64,000 bases of DNA from an uncultured Oscillospiraceae bacterium. Its GTDB lineage: Bacteria > Bacillota > Clostridia > Oscillospirales > Oscillospiraceae. A program made the translations under genes and the position numbers. Location of the stretch: NCBI GenBank assembly GCA_944387225.1, contig CALXDY010000102.1, forward strand, positions 778 through 64,777, given 5' to 3'. Under the pieces are notes generated by a model. It had not been told where the DNA came from. It was given only the letters and a program-made list of their open reading frames with translations, and did not search any database. Of the stretch, positions 18,650 through 28,829 are shown one piece after another; position 1 is the stretch's first letter, and the number at the start of each line of letters is the position of its first letter.

Positions 18650-19042
18650 TCAGAAGCTGACGGTACGACTGGGCTCCGTAAAGGAGGAGAAGGTGGCCGT
18701 TGCCTCTGTCAGGGCAAAAATCATGGTATTGCCGTCCCCAGGGGTATAAGCACTCCGAAGATGAGAGTAGTCGTTCAGCATATGCTCCTGAGCGGCAACC
18801 TCGGGCACCTCCACCGCTTTGGCGGTCACCCGCAGCCAGTGCTGTCCGTCAAAGGCACAGACCTCCACCCTGGGATTGACCAGCATCTGCTGGGCCACAT
18901 CTTTTTTCCGGCCGGTCTGAATGGTCAGCTGACCGTTATACACATCAATGGTGCCGAAGGGGCGCACGCGGGGCTGATCCCCATCCATGGTAGCCAGGTA
19001 ATAGGTGCCGCAGGTTTTCAGGAATTTGTAGACTTCTTCCAT
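18650..19042 (-). CDS. Pyridoxamine 5'-phosphate oxidase-family (NimC/NimA-like) protein
   Basis: YLAT.DGDQPRVRPFG...QTG.KK.V..Q...NP.VE. Confidence 0.85.
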   Translation of the reverse strand: MEEVYKFLKTCGTYYLATMDGDQPRVRPFGTIDVYNGQLTIQTGRKKDVAQQMLVNPRVEVCAFDGQHWLRVTAKAVEVPEVAAQEHMLNDYSHLRSAYTPGDGNTMIFALTEATATFSSFTEPSRTVSF

Positions 19043-19271
19043 GGGATATCCCTCCTTTTTTCTTCATTTTATACCCGGCGCCGGAGAAGCGTCAAGGGCT
19101 CCCCCATGCCCTGGCGGTATTCAAATCTGGGGCAACTATAGACCGCAGGCATAGAAAGGCATGCAAACCAAGTATTTGTGATGATCCGGCTGGGCTGATA
19201 TAATAAACAATAGATCCACCCCCCATTTGGCGGGATGGAACAAGCATATGGAATCAGGAGGTGCCAGCAGC

Positions 19272-20024
19272 ATGGCAGTAAAGCAGACAGCGGGTCGGGA
19301 CGCCCTGGGAACCTTCGCCCCCAAATTCGCCCAGTTGAATGACGACGTATTGTTTGGGCAGGTGTGGAGCCGGGAGGACAGGCTATCCCTCCGGGACCGC
19401 TCCCTGGTCACTGTGGTGGCCCTTATGGCTCAGGGTCTGGTGGACAGCTCCTTCCAGTATCACCTGACCACCGCCCGCAAAAACGGTATCACCCGCCAGG
19501 AGATTGCCGAGATTCTGACCCATGCCGCCTTTTACGCTGGCTGGCCCAAGGCTTGGGCGGCCTTCCGCATGGCCAAGGAGGTTTGGGCGGAGGAGGATGC
19601 CGAAGATGACAGAGCACGGCACCAGCAGCAAATGGTTTTCCCCATCGGCGCGCCCAACGACGGCTTCGCCCGGTATTTTGTGGGACAAAGCTATCTCCAG
19701 CCTCTTTCCAGTGGTAATCCCGGTGTATACAACGTAACCTTTGAGCCGGGCTGTCGGAACAACTGGCACATCCACCACGCCGACCAGGGCGGCGGACAGC
19801 TGCTGATCTGCGTTGCCGGCCGCGGCTACTACCAGGAATGGGGACAGGAAGCTCGGGCCCTGCGCCCCGGAGACGTGGTCACCATTCCTTCCGGGGTTAA
19901 GCACTGGCACGGCGCCGCTCCGGACAGCTGGTTCTCCCACCTGGCCATGGACATCCCGGGGGTAAACTGCTCCAATGAGTGGCTGGAGGCGGTATCGGAG
20001 GAAGCTTACGCTTCTCTGACCTAA
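19272..20024 (+). CDS. Carboxymuconolactone decarboxylase-family domain fused to a cupin
   Basis: DVLFGQVWSR..LS.RDRSLVT, AFYAGWP; cupin NVTFEPGCRNNWHIH...VKHWHGA. Confidence 0.88.
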   Translation: MAVKQTAGRDALGTFAPKFAQLNDDVLFGQVWSREDRLSLRDRSLVTVVALMAQGLVDSSFQYHLTTARKNGITRQEIAEILTHAAFYAGWPKAWAAFRMAKEVWAEEDAEDDRARHQQQMVFPIGAPNDGFARYFVGQSYLQPLSSGNPGVYNVTFEPGCRNNWHIHHADQGGGQLLICVAGRGYYQEWGQEARALRPGDVVTIPSGVKHWHGAAPDSWFSHLAMDIPGVNCSNEWLEAVSEEAYASLT

Positions 20025-20151
20025 CCCACCGTTTCCTTCCTGTCCTGCCTGTGGTACAATGGAGCTGCGGCAGTTTTCACGCGCCGATTTCCAACAGGGA
20101 GCCCGTACCCACATCGGGAAAACAGGCCCTCCAAGGCAGGAGGAATCCACC

Positions 20152-20508
20152 ATGCGGTTAGAATCTCTATGCCCCGTCAATCCCCTGGAGCAGCCGGATG
20201 AGGATTATAAGTCCGCCCTCCGGGTGGAGCAATACCGGGTCAGCCCACAGGCCATCTATTTTGGTCCCTTTTTCTCTGTCCAGTATCTCCCCTTCCAGTC
20301 CGTGCGCCGGGCATGGGTACAGGACTCAACCCTGTCCCTGACAGGATGCTGCGGCAGACAGCTGCCGGTAACGGTATTGCGGGTACAGTATGGGGAGCAC
20401 AGCCATGAAAATTTTGTGTTCCAGCGGGAATCGTCCGCCCTGCGGGTGCTGTCTATGATCGCACAATGCCGCCCTGACATTCCTCTGGAGCCGGAGAAAA
20501 AATCCTGA
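20152..20508 (+). CDS. Hypothetical protein
   Basis: AGGAGG RBS before ATG 20152; followed by a terminator. Confidence 0.6.
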   Translation: MRLESLCPVNPLEQPDEDYKSALRVEQYRVSPQAIYFGPFFSVQYLPFQSVRRAWVQDSTLSLTGCCGRQLPVTVLRVQYGEHSHENFVFQRESSALRVLSMIAQCRPDIPLEPEKKS

Positions 20509-20530
20509 TGGCTCCGCCTCAAAACACATC

Positions 20531-20568
20531 AACCGCCTCAGACAGCGCTGTGTCTGGGGCGGTTTTTT
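20531..20568 (+). terminator. Intrinsic terminator
   Basis: AACCGCCTCAGACA...TGTCTGGGGCGGTTTTTT. Confidence 0.75.
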
Positions 20569-20662
20569 ATCTGCGGCACCCACGGACGTCCAATATTCTC
20601 TCCTTCTCATCAACACACCCGCCAAGCCCTGCCCCATACTGTCTGCCTGCTATAACTTTTCC

Positions 20663-20712
20663 TTGACACTTTGCTTCTACAGTTGTAGTATAATATTGTA
20701 CTACAACTGTAG
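20663..20712 (+). promoter_or_regulatory. Promoter with two BlaI/CopY-type operator boxes
   Basis: TTGACA-17bp-TAGTAT; CTACAGTTGTAG (20677-20688) and CTACAACTGTAG (20701-20712), each with a TACA..TGTA core. Confidence 0.8.
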
Positions 20713-20722
20713 GAGGTTCCAT

Positions 20723-21085
20723 ATGTCTCTTTTAACAGACCGAGAGTGGAAGGTCATGTCCGCCCTGTGGGATGGGGGTGCGCAGACCCTGGGAGATGTA
20801 ATGGATCGGCTGGCCCCGGAAACGGGGTGGAGCCGCACCACCGTACACACCTACCTCACCCGGATGGCAGCCAAGGGCCTGGTGGAGGCGTTGGGGGAGA
20901 CCCCCAAGCACTACCGGGCGGCCCTCAGCCGGGAGGACTGCGTCCGTCAGGAAGAGCGCACCCTGGTAGACCGGGCCTACGGAGGGTCGGCGGGAAAACT
21001 GGTGGCCGCCTTTGTCCGCTCCGGATCCCTGAGCAAGGAGGAGCGGGAGCAGCTGAAACAGCTGCTGGATGAGATGGAGGTGTAA
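20723..21085 (+). CDS. BlaI/MecI/CopY-family repressor
   Basis: LT..EW.VM..LW, W...TV.T.L.RM..KGLV, LS.EE...LK. Confidence 0.92.
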   Translation: MSLLTDREWKVMSALWDGGAQTLGDVMDRLAPETGWSRTTVHTYLTRMAAKGLVEALGETPKHYRAALSREDCVRQEERTLVDRAYGGSAGKLVAAFVRSGSLSKEEREQLKQLLDEMEV

Positions 21086-21088
21086 TCC

Positions 21089-23158
21089 ATGGGCAATATC
21101 TGGGCCTTTCTCCAACAGACAGGGGCGGCGGCCATTACCGCCCTGTTTCTGCTGGTTTTGCAGCGGATCTTCCTCCGGCACCTGTCCCCCCGGTGGCAGT
21201 ATGGGGTGTGGTCGGTGCTGCTTCTGCGCCTGGTGGTGCCTGTGAGAGTGGGGTACCGCTCCGCCTATCTGGACATCGCGCCCTGGATCGAGCGGCTGCG
21301 AACCTGGACGGAACTGCGGCTATCCTCCCGATATGCCTCTCCCTGGCAAGAGACCCTGCCCAGGTTTCCCTGGCCGGAGCTGCCTGTACAAGCGCCCGCC
21401 TCGGTCACCGACTGGCTGTTTGTCCTGTATACTGCCGGCGTGGTTCTTTGCGTCATCTGGTATGGGCTGCAGGCCCTGCGTCTCCATCTGCGGGTGAGAG
21501 AGGGCGTCCCGGTGGCCGGGGAACGGCTGCAGCGAATGAAGGAAACCGCCCAGGGGTACGGCCTGTCTATGCCCCAACGGGTGGTGGAATGCCGGTGGAC
21601 GGCCACCCCCTTTCTTATGGGGGTATTCCGTCCCACCCTGGTCCTGCCCATGGAGTGGGACATGGAGGAGAAAGTGCTGCTCCACGAACTGCTGCATCTA
21701 AAATACCAGGATGTGTTGGCGGGATGGGTCACCACCCTCTTCCGGTGCCTCCACTGGTGCAATCCCATTTTGTGGCTGGCATTTGATAAGATCGGAAATG
21801 ACCGGGAGTGCCTGTGTGACCAGCGGGTGCTGGAGCGGCTGGAAGGCGAGGAGCGCCGGGACTACGGGCGGGTTCTCCTGTCCATGGCGGACAACCGCTC
21901 CATCCGCATCCCCGGCGCCACCACCATGGCCAACGGCGCCCGGTCGGTGGCCGCCCGGATCCAGGCCATCGCCCGGTTCAAACGCTATCCCCAGGGGATG
22001 ACTCTGGTTTCCGTATGCATTACCCTTTCTCTTGCATATGCTTTGGTGGCGGGCACTCCCATACAGGCGCTTGTCCAGGAGTCCGGCGGAACCGTTTCCG
22101 CTCCCTCTTCCATGGCCGGGGCTCTGTCCACCGGCCAGCTGAACCGTCCCACCACGGTGGCCGGGGCCCTGGACACCTACGGCAAGGGGGTGCTGCTGAA
22201 ATATGATGACCCCTATACCGCCCTGCTGTGCGCCGCCATGACTGCCCCGGAAGAAAACCTGCCCGCCCTGGTGGAGGAGTGGAAAAAAACAGACGATTTC
22301 CAGCGCTCCAGATGGACCACCGGCCCCCAGTTCCGGGGCCTGGTGAGCGACGGCTCCGGCGGCTACCTGTGTCAGGCATTGTGGTACCGGGATATGCCCG
22401 AAGCCTTGCTGGGCACGGAGGAACATCCGCTTCCGGAGGAGGGCGAGCCCTGGCCGGCGGAGTACCTGTGTCACACCCTTTGGATTCGGCCGGACGGGCA
22501 ATTCTGGACAGTTGCCTGCCTGGATGAGGCCCAGGGGGATCTGCCCGCAGCGCCCCTGTCCATGGAGCCTAGCTACAATGTTTTTCCCGGCCCGGTAACC
22601 TGGGTCGGCGAAGCAGACGGTGTGAAGCTGTCTCTCTCCCCCGCCCAGCTGCTGGAAACGGGGGATGGAATTCTGGGAAAGGAATACATGGTGGACTGGA
22701 GCTCCTCCGATGCAGGGGGCTTCTGGATGTTCGGCGACAGCAAGACGGCCCCAAATAAAGAGCCCATACCCGGAGCAGATTTTTGCTCCGTATATACCGG
22801 AACCTACTGGGCCGCAGAGGAAACCGGCGGCCAACCTATCTCCATAACCTGGATGGCCACGCCCCTCTGGAATACTCCGGATGGCCCAGCCCCCGCTCAG
22901 CCTGGCCGGCGAATTGCCGCAGGCAAGCTGGATGAGGTGGTAACCCTGGCGGCAGGGGGCAGTCAGCAGGGGGCCGATGGAGGAGGTGGCTCTATGGGCA
23001 ATCTGGGCAGTGACCTGGGCTATATGCTGGGTCCCGACGCCGTTCAGGTAACGGTGGTTTTGGACGGCAGAACAGAACAGACGATCCCCATGACCCTCAC
23101 CTACACCACCCCCGACGGGGGCACCTATACCTTACCCGGAGAGGAGGATACGCCATGA
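21089..23158 (+). CDS. M56-family (BlaR1/MecR1-like) metallopeptidase sensor-transducer
   Basis: TM N-terminus, PFLMG..RP.LVLP, HELLH zinc motif, HWCNP, RECLCD; C-terminal domain not PBP-like. Confidence 0.9.
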   Translation: MGNIWAFLQQTGAAAITALFLLVLQRIFLRHLSPRWQYGVWSVLLLRLVVPVRVGYRSAYLDIAPWIERLRTWTELRLSSRYASPWQETLPRFPWPELPVQAPASVTDWLFVLYTAGVVLCVIWYGLQALRLHLRVREGVPVAGERLQRMKETAQGYGLSMPQRVVECRWTATPFLMGVFRPTLVLPMEWDMEEKVLLHELLHLKYQDVLAGWVTTLFRCLHWCNPILWLAFDKIGNDRECLCDQRVLERLEGEERRDYGRVLLSMADNRSIRIPGATTMANGARSVAARIQAIARFKRYPQGMTLVSVCITLSLAYALVAGTPIQALVQESGGTVSAPSSMAGALSTGQLNRPTTVAGALDTYGKGVLLKYDDPYTALLCAAMTAPEENLPALVEEWKKTDDFQRSRWTTGPQFRGLVSDGSGGYLCQALWYRDMPEALLGTEEHPLPEEGEPWPAEYLCHTLWIRPDGQFWTVACLDEAQGDLPAAPLSMEPSYNVFPGPVTWVGEADGVKLSLSPAQLLETGDGILGKEYMVDWSSSDAGGFWMFGDSKTAPNKEPIPGADFCSVYTGTYWAAEETGGQPISITWMATPLWNTPDGPAPAQPGRRIAAGKLDEVVTLAAGGSQQGADGGGGSMGNLGSDLGYMLGPDAVQVTVVLDGRTEQTIPMTLTYTTPDGGTYTLPGEEDTP

Positions 23159-23709
23159 TTTCTCCCCATCAGCTCCACCCCATCGCCCGCAAAGCCTTTT
23201 GGGGGTATATCCTCATTCTGTTTAACTTTCAATTCACCTTCGGCGATTTCTTTGCCCTCCAATTTCTGCCCAACTCCCTGGGCTGGTGGATGCTAGCCGA
23301 GGTTTCGGAGGCGGGAGCGGACTATCGTCCCTCCCTGGGGCTGCTGCGCACCTTCTGCCTGGGACTGGCGGTGTGGAACCTCACGCAGTTTTTCCCATGG
23401 ATGGACAGATGGATTCCCGGAGCGGTCTCTCTTCTGATCACACTGGTGATTCTATATACCCACTTCCAGTTTTTCACCGATCTGGCCGCCCTGGCCGATG
23501 AGGCCCTTCCCGACAGCGGACGGGGGCACGCTCTTCGTACCGCCCGCATCGTCATTGTGGTGGTCTCCCTTCTCTTTTCTTGGACGGATCTGATGCTGAC
23601 CTGGCCCTATCTGACCATGGTCATTGCCGCAGTGGGCCTGTGCGCCTACACCGCAGTGGTGTGGCAGCTGTGGCGGCTGTATAAGGAGACAGGGGCACCC
23701 CTTCTCTGA
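23155..23709 (+). CDS. Membrane protein
   Basis: About 5 TM; ATGA overlap with the M56 gene. Confidence 0.7.
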   Translation: MISPHQLHPIARKAFWGYILILFNFQFTFGDFFALQFLPNSLGWWMLAEVSEAGADYRPSLGLLRTFCLGLAVWNLTQFFPWMDRWIPGAVSLLITLVILYTHFQFFTDLAALADEALPDSGRGHALRTARIVIVVVSLLFSWTDLMLTWPYLTMVIAAVGLCAYTAVVWQLWRLYKETGAPLL

Positions 23710-23880
23710 AAAGCGCCCGTTTGGGGCAGGAAACCCACCTTTTCCACTCCCCCGTTTCGCCTTGACGAGACGGGGGAGTTGGAGTAAACTGGTGGCGTTA
23801 TATGGATTTGTAAGCCCCCCTCCTTTCCGGTGCGGGGGCAATCTCCCGTTGTCTCACAACGGTAAAAAGGAGGAGAGACT

Positions 23881-26800
23881 ATGCATCTGCTTGCCGGGGC
23901 GCTGACCCGGATGGAAGAATTTCAGCAGCTGGCAGCCGCTTTGGAAGGCGGACAGTCCCCCGCGGCGGTATCCGGTTTGTCCGCTGTGCACCGGGCCCAT
24001 GTTGCCGCTGCCCTGGGCCAGGAGACCGGCCGTCCCATTGTGGTGGTATGCGCCGACGAAAGCGAAGGGGAACGGATGGCCAGAGATCTGGCCTTTTTTA
24101 CCGGGGCGTCCGTGCCGGTCCTTACCCCCCGCTCCTTCACCTTCCAGCCCATCGCCACCGTCTCCCGTCAATGGGAGCACCGCAGGCTGGCCCTGTTCCA
24201 CCGTCTGCTTCAGGGGGAGATTCCCTGCCTGGTAGCCACAGTGGAGGCCCTGCAGCAGCGCACCCTCCCCCCTGATATTCTGCGCCGGTCCGTGCGAACC
24301 GTGCGGGTGGGGCAGGTGCTGGATCTGAACCAATTGACGGAGGACCTGGCGGCGGCTGGCTACGTCCGCTGCCAGCAGGTGGAAGGCGTAGGCCAGTTTG
24401 CCCTCCGCGGCGGCATTCTGGACGTCTTCTCCCCCGCCATGGAGTCCCCCGTCCGGGTGGAATTCTTCGGGGATGAGGTAGACGCCATGGGCGTTTTCGA
24501 TCCCTCCACCCAGCGGCGCACCGGAAACCTGGAGGAGGCTCTGCTCCTCCCCGCTTCCGAGGTGCTGCCCCACATGGCTCCGGACGGACTGCCCGGCCTG
24601 CTGGCCGCGGTGGAACGGCTGGCTGCCCAGGCTGGGAAGAAGGGCAACACCGCCCTGGAGGCCACCCTGCTCCGGGACCGGGACGCTCTGGCCCAGGAGG
24701 GCTCCTTCCCCGCCATTGACCGCTACCTGGCTTTGATCTATCCCACCATGACCACGGGGCTGGATTACCTGCCCTACGACGCCTGCGTCCTCTTTTCCGA
24801 AAGCAGCCGTGTGGCCGAGCGGGCCAAGACGGTACAGTGGCAGCTGGAGGAGGACGGAAAAGCCCTGCTGGAGCGGGGTGAGATGGCGGGGGAGTGCCTG
24901 GAGGTATTCCGCACCCCGGATCAGCTGTATCAGGCCCTGGCCGACTGGCCGGTGGCCTACCTGGACTCCTTCACCCTGTCCGCCTATCCCATGGCCCCAA
25001 GGGCCGTCCTGTCCGTTTCCGCCAAGCAGCTGCCCTCCTTCGGCGCCAGCCTGGAGACGGCGGTACAGGATCTCACCCACTTCCAGCGGTCCGGTTATTC
25101 CACCCTGGTGCTGGTGTCCAGCGAGCAGCGGGCCCTGAACCTCCAGACCCTGCTGCGGGAGGAAAAGGTGCTGTCCGCCGTGGAATTCTCTCCCAAACAG
25201 CTGCCTCCTCCCGGCCAGACCTACATCACGGTGGGCGGCCTGTCCGGCGGCATGGAGTACCCGGAGCTGAAGCTGGCGGTGGTGACGGAGGGCTCCGTCA
25301 ACGCCCCCCGGAAACCCCGGCCCCAGAAGAAGGGGGCCACCAACCGGCAGAAGCTCAGCTCCTACGCCGACCTGACCCCCGGCGACCTGGTGGTACACGA
25401 GCACCACGGAGTGGGCCGGTATGACGGGCTGGTGAAAATGCGTACCGACGGGGTGGAAAAGGACTATGTGAAAATCGCCTACGCCGGAACGGACGTGCTT
25501 TACGTCCCCGCCACCCAGCTGGATCTCATCTCCAAATACATCGGCGGCGGAGAGGAGGCCCAGCAGGTCAAGAAGCTGTCCCGCCTGGGCGGCACCGACT
25601 GGGAACGGGCCAAGACCCGGGCCAGAAGGGCGGTGGCCGATCTGGCCAAGGGACTGATTCAGCTCTATGCCCAGCGTCAGCGCCAGCCCGGCTATGCCTT
25701 CTCCCCCGACTCCCCCTGGCAGGTGGAATTTGAGGAGCAGTTCCCCTACGCGGAGACGGAGGATCAGCTGCGGTGCATTCAGGAGGTCAAGGGCGACATG
25801 GAGCGCCCCGTCCCCATGGACCGGCTGCTGTGCGGCGATGTGGGCTACGGCAAGACGGAGGTGGCCTTCCGGGCCATTATGAAGTGCGTGCTGGACGGCA
25901 AGCAAGCCGCCATTCTGGTGCCCACCACCGTCCTGGCACGGCAGCACTACCTGAACGCTCTGAACCGGTTTGCCAAATACCCAGTGAACATCGATGTGGT
26001 ATCCCGGTTCCGCACCCCAGCCCAGATGAAGGAAACCCTTCGCCGGGTGGAAGAGGGCGGTGTGGATATTCTCATCGGCACCCACCGTCTGTTTAATAAG
26101 GATGTAAAGTTCAAGGATCTGGGGCTGTTGGTGGTGGATGAGGAGCAGCGCTTCGGCGTGCAGCACAAGGAAAAGCTGAAGGAAACCTTCCGCCAGGTGG
26201 ACGTCCTCACCCTGTCCGCCACCCCCATTCCCCGTACCCTGAACATGGCTCTGTCCGGCATCCGGGATATGTCCACCCTGGAAGAGCCGCCGGCGGATCG
26301 TGTCCCTGTCCAGACCTATGTGCTGGAGCACAACTGGTCGGTGCTGGTGGACGCCATGCGCCGGGAGCTGGCCCGGGGCGGCCAGGTCTATTACCTCCAC
26401 AACCGGGTGGAAACCATCGACCGCACCGCCGCCCGCCTTCAGGAGATGCTTGGGGAGGACGCCGCCATCGGGGTGGCTCACGGCCGAATGAGCCAGGAGG
26501 CCATTGACAATGTGATGAGCCGGATGACCGACGGCGACCTGAATGTGCTGGTGTGCACCACCATTATCGAAACGGGCATCGACCTGCCCAACGCCAACAC
26601 CCTGATTATTGAGGACGCCGACCAGATGGGACTGGCCCAGCTCCACCAGATCCGGGGACGGGTGGGCCGCTCCAACCGAAGGGCCTACGCCTACCTCACC
26701 TACCGCCGGGGCAAGGTGCTCACCGAGGTGGCGGCCAAACGGCTGTCCGCCATCCGGGAATTCGCGGAATTCGGCTCCGGCTTCAAGATTGCCATGCGGG

Positions 26801-27390
26801 ATCTGGAGATCCGGGGCGCCGGCATCGTGCTGGGCCCGGAGCAGTCGGGCTTTCTGCTGCCGGTGGGCTGTGACATGTATCTGAAGCTGCTGGAGGAAGC
26901 CGTGCTCACCGAGCAGGGCCTGCCTCTGCCCCAGCGCACGGAGTGTTCCGCCGACCTGAGCGTGGCCGCCTCTATCCCCGACCGGTATGTGCCCACCGCC
27001 GAGCAGCGGATGGACCTGTACCGGCGCATCGCCTCCATCCGCAGCGAGGCGGACGCCGACGACCTGGTAGATGAGCTCATTGACCGGTACGGCGAGCCCC
27101 CCAGGCCGGTGAATAACCTGATCTCCGTGGCTCTGCTCCGGGCCGCCGCGGCCCAGCTGTCCATCACCGATATTTCCCAGAAAAAGGGGCAGCTGCTCTT
27201 TACCCTGGCCCAGTTCTCTCTGGAGCCCTTCTCCCTGCTGTGCCAGAATCCCCGGTATGTCAACCGCCTTGTTCTGACGCCGGGAGACGTTCCACGCTTC
27301 TCCCTGCGTCTGAGAGCCAACGACGACCCCCTGCGGACAGCCCAGAACCTGGTGGAGGACTTTTCCAAAGCGGTGGAACAATGCTCGTGA
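23881..27390 (+). CDS. mfd: Transcription-repair coupling factor
   Basis: RGGILDVF, CarD/RID domain, GDVGYGKTEVA, DEEQRFG, LSATPIPRT, QIRGRVGRS, TRCF C-terminus; promoter TTGACG-17bp-TAAACT at 23762-23790. Confidence 0.97.
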   Translation: MHLLAGALTRMEEFQQLAAALEGGQSPAAVSGLSAVHRAHVAAALGQETGRPIVVVCADESEGERMARDLAFFTGASVPVLTPRSFTFQPIATVSRQWEHRRLALFHRLLQGEIPCLVATVEALQQRTLPPDILRRSVRTVRVGQVLDLNQLTEDLAAAGYVRCQQVEGVGQFALRGGILDVFSPAMESPVRVEFFGDEVDAMGVFDPSTQRRTGNLEEALLLPASEVLPHMAPDGLPGLLAAVERLAAQAGKKGNTALEATLLRDRDALAQEGSFPAIDRYLALIYPTMTTGLDYLPYDACVLFSESSRVAERAKTVQWQLEEDGKALLERGEMAGECLEVFRTPDQLYQALADWPVAYLDSFTLSAYPMAPRAVLSVSAKQLPSFGASLETAVQDLTHFQRSGYSTLVLVSSEQRALNLQTLLREEKVLSAVEFSPKQLPPPGQTYITVGGLSGGMEYPELKLAVVTEGSVNAPRKPRPQKKGATNRQKLSSYADLTPGDLVVHEHHGVGRYDGLVKMRTDGVEKDYVKIAYAGTDVLYVPATQLDLISKYIGGGEEAQQVKKLSRLGGTDWERAKTRARRAVADLAKGLIQLYAQRQRQPGYAFSPDSPWQVEFEEQFPYAETEDQLRCIQEVKGDMERPVPMDRLLCGDVGYGKTEVAFRAIMKCVLDGKQAAILVPTTVLARQHYLNALNRFAKYPVNIDVVSRFRTPAQMKETLRRVEEGGVDILIGTHRLFNKDVKFKDLGLLVVDEEQRFGVQHKEKLKETFRQVDVLTLSATPIPRTLNMALSGIRDMSTLEEPPADRVPVQTYVLEHNWSVLVDAMRRELARGGQVYYLHNRVETIDRTAARLQEMLGEDAAIGVAHGRMSQEAIDNVMSRMTDGDLNVLVCTTIIETGIDLPNANTLIIEDADQMGLAQLHQIRGRVGRSNRRAYAYLTYRRGKVLTEVAAKRLSAIREFAEFGSGFKIAMRDLEIRGAGIVLGPEQSGFLLPVGCDMYLKLLEEAVLTEQGLPLPQRTECSADLSVAASIPDRYVPTAEQRMDLYRRIASIRSEADADDLVDELIDRYGEPPRPVNNLISVALLRAAAAQLSITDISQKKGQLLFTLAQFSLEPFSLLCQNPRYVNRLVLTPGDVPRFSLRLRANDDPLRTAQNLVEDFSKAVEQCS

Positions 27391-27472
27391 GCTATTGCCC
27401 CCGTATCTGTTTTGTGCTATGATGGCACCAGCCGTATAAACACGGCAGTGTAAGAAAGAAAGGAAAACTGCT

Positions 27473-28741
27473 ATGAATCAGATAACCCGACTGGGAGCCC
27501 TCTCCCTGTCTGTTGTGATGGCCCTGTCCGCTCTGACCGGCTGCCAGAACAACTCCGACCCCGGCAGCTCCGAGCCTCAGCTGGAGCCTCTGGATGTTGC
27601 CACCATCACCGATCCCTACCTGGCTACTTCCGGCGTGGCCGGCGACGAGGTAGTCGCCACCATCAACGGCTGCGACATTACCGCTGACTGGCTGCTGTAC
27701 TGGCTGGCCTTCGCCACCGACAGCGCCGTTCAGTACTCTTCCATGCTGGGCTCCGGGGATATTCAGTGGGACGCCGATGTGGATGGCACCACTCTGGAGG
27801 AGTCCATCCTGAACTCCGCCCTGAAGACCGCCGCCCTGTACGCCCTGCTGCCTAAGTTTGCCCAGGAGGAGGGCCTGACCGTCTCCACCGAGGTGGGCGA
27901 ATATGTCACCTCCACCATCGACGGCATTCGGGAGCAGGCCGGCAGCCAGCAGCTGCTGGATCATATGCTTTGGAGAAGCGCCCTCACCGAGCCGCTGTAC
28001 CTGGCTCTGTTTGAGGCCAACGACTACAACACCCAGCTCCAGGAGCGCTGGTACGGCGAGGGTTCGGAAGGGGATCCCACCGAGCAGCAGCTGGAGGACT
28101 TCGCCACCAATGAGCTGGGCATTGCCTACCGCGTCAAGCACATCCTGCTGAAGACCGTGGACACCAACAAGCCCATTACCGACGACAGCGGCGCCTATAC
28201 CGGAGAGTATGAGTCCCTGGACGCCGACACCGTGGCGGAGAAGAAGGCCCTGGCCGAGGACATCGCCCTGCAGCTGCAGGCCGCTTCCGACAAGGAGACC
28301 CTGTTTGACCAGCTGATGGAGGAGTACAGCGAGGATACCGATTCCAGCGGCACCGTCCTCAACCCCGACGGCTATGAGGCCCAGCTGGGCCAGATGGTAG
28401 AGCCCTTTGAGCAGGCCTCCCTGGCTCTGGAGCCCGGCCAGGTCAGCGACGTGGTGGAGAGCCCCTACGGCTATCACATCATTCTCCGCCTGCCTCTCCA
28501 GCCCGAGAATTACCGCTCCAGCTATGTGTCTGCTCAGATGCAGCAGCGCCAGGAGGGCTGGCTGGAGGAATATCCCATCGAGACCACCGATGCCTTTGAC
28601 CGCATCGATCCCTCCGTGTACTATGAGCGCCTGTCCTCCCTCCGCACCACGGTAGACGCTGAGGTTTCCGCCCAGGACAGCGCCAATCAGTCTTCCTCCT
28701 CCGACAGCGGCAGCAGCAGCTCCGCTCCGGCTGAGGGTTGA
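27473..28741 (+). CDS. PrsA-like parvulin PPIase lipoprotein
   Basis: Lipobox LTGC; KHIL, YSED, MVEPFE, VS.VVESPYGYHII; follows mfd. Confidence 0.88.
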   Translation: MNQITRLGALSLSVVMALSALTGCQNNSDPGSSEPQLEPLDVATITDPYLATSGVAGDEVVATINGCDITADWLLYWLAFATDSAVQYSSMLGSGDIQWDADVDGTTLEESILNSALKTAALYALLPKFAQEEGLTVSTEVGEYVTSTIDGIREQAGSQQLLDHMLWRSALTEPLYLALFEANDYNTQLQERWYGEGSEGDPTEQQLEDFATNELGIAYRVKHILLKTVDTNKPITDDSGAYTGEYESLDADTVAEKKALAEDIALQLQAASDKETLFDQLMEEYSEDTDSSGTVLNPDGYEAQLGQMVEPFEQASLALEPGQVSDVVESPYGYHIILRLPLQPENYRSSYVSAQMQQRQEGWLEEYPIETTDAFDRIDPSVYYERLSSLRTTVDAEVSAQDSANQSSSSDSGSSSSAPAEG

Positions 28742-28769
28742 TCCCGTCCCTGGATATGATCCCCCTTCT

Positions 28770-28799
28770 GAACAGCCGGTTCCTCAGAACCGGCTGTTC
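28770..28799 (+). terminator. Hairpin after the PPIase gene
   Basis: GAACAGCCGGTTC-CTCA-GAACCGGCTGTTC. Confidence 0.6.
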
Positions 28800-28829
28800 C
28801 ACCTATAAGAGAAAAGGAGACGTGTATTT

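Noticed and set aside
2146-23709. Integron-like cassette array or CRISPR array
   Set aside because: No recurring attC-like or direct-repeat unit found by eye, genes are in mixed orientation, and there is no integrase or cas gene.
23854-27381. Very long antisense ORFs (also 28836-31091, 36241-38592, 48352-50598, 55611-58157, 58733-61006)
   Set aside because: They mirror real genes codon for codon. This is the expected shadow of GC-rich third positions; they have no RBS or recognisable motifs.
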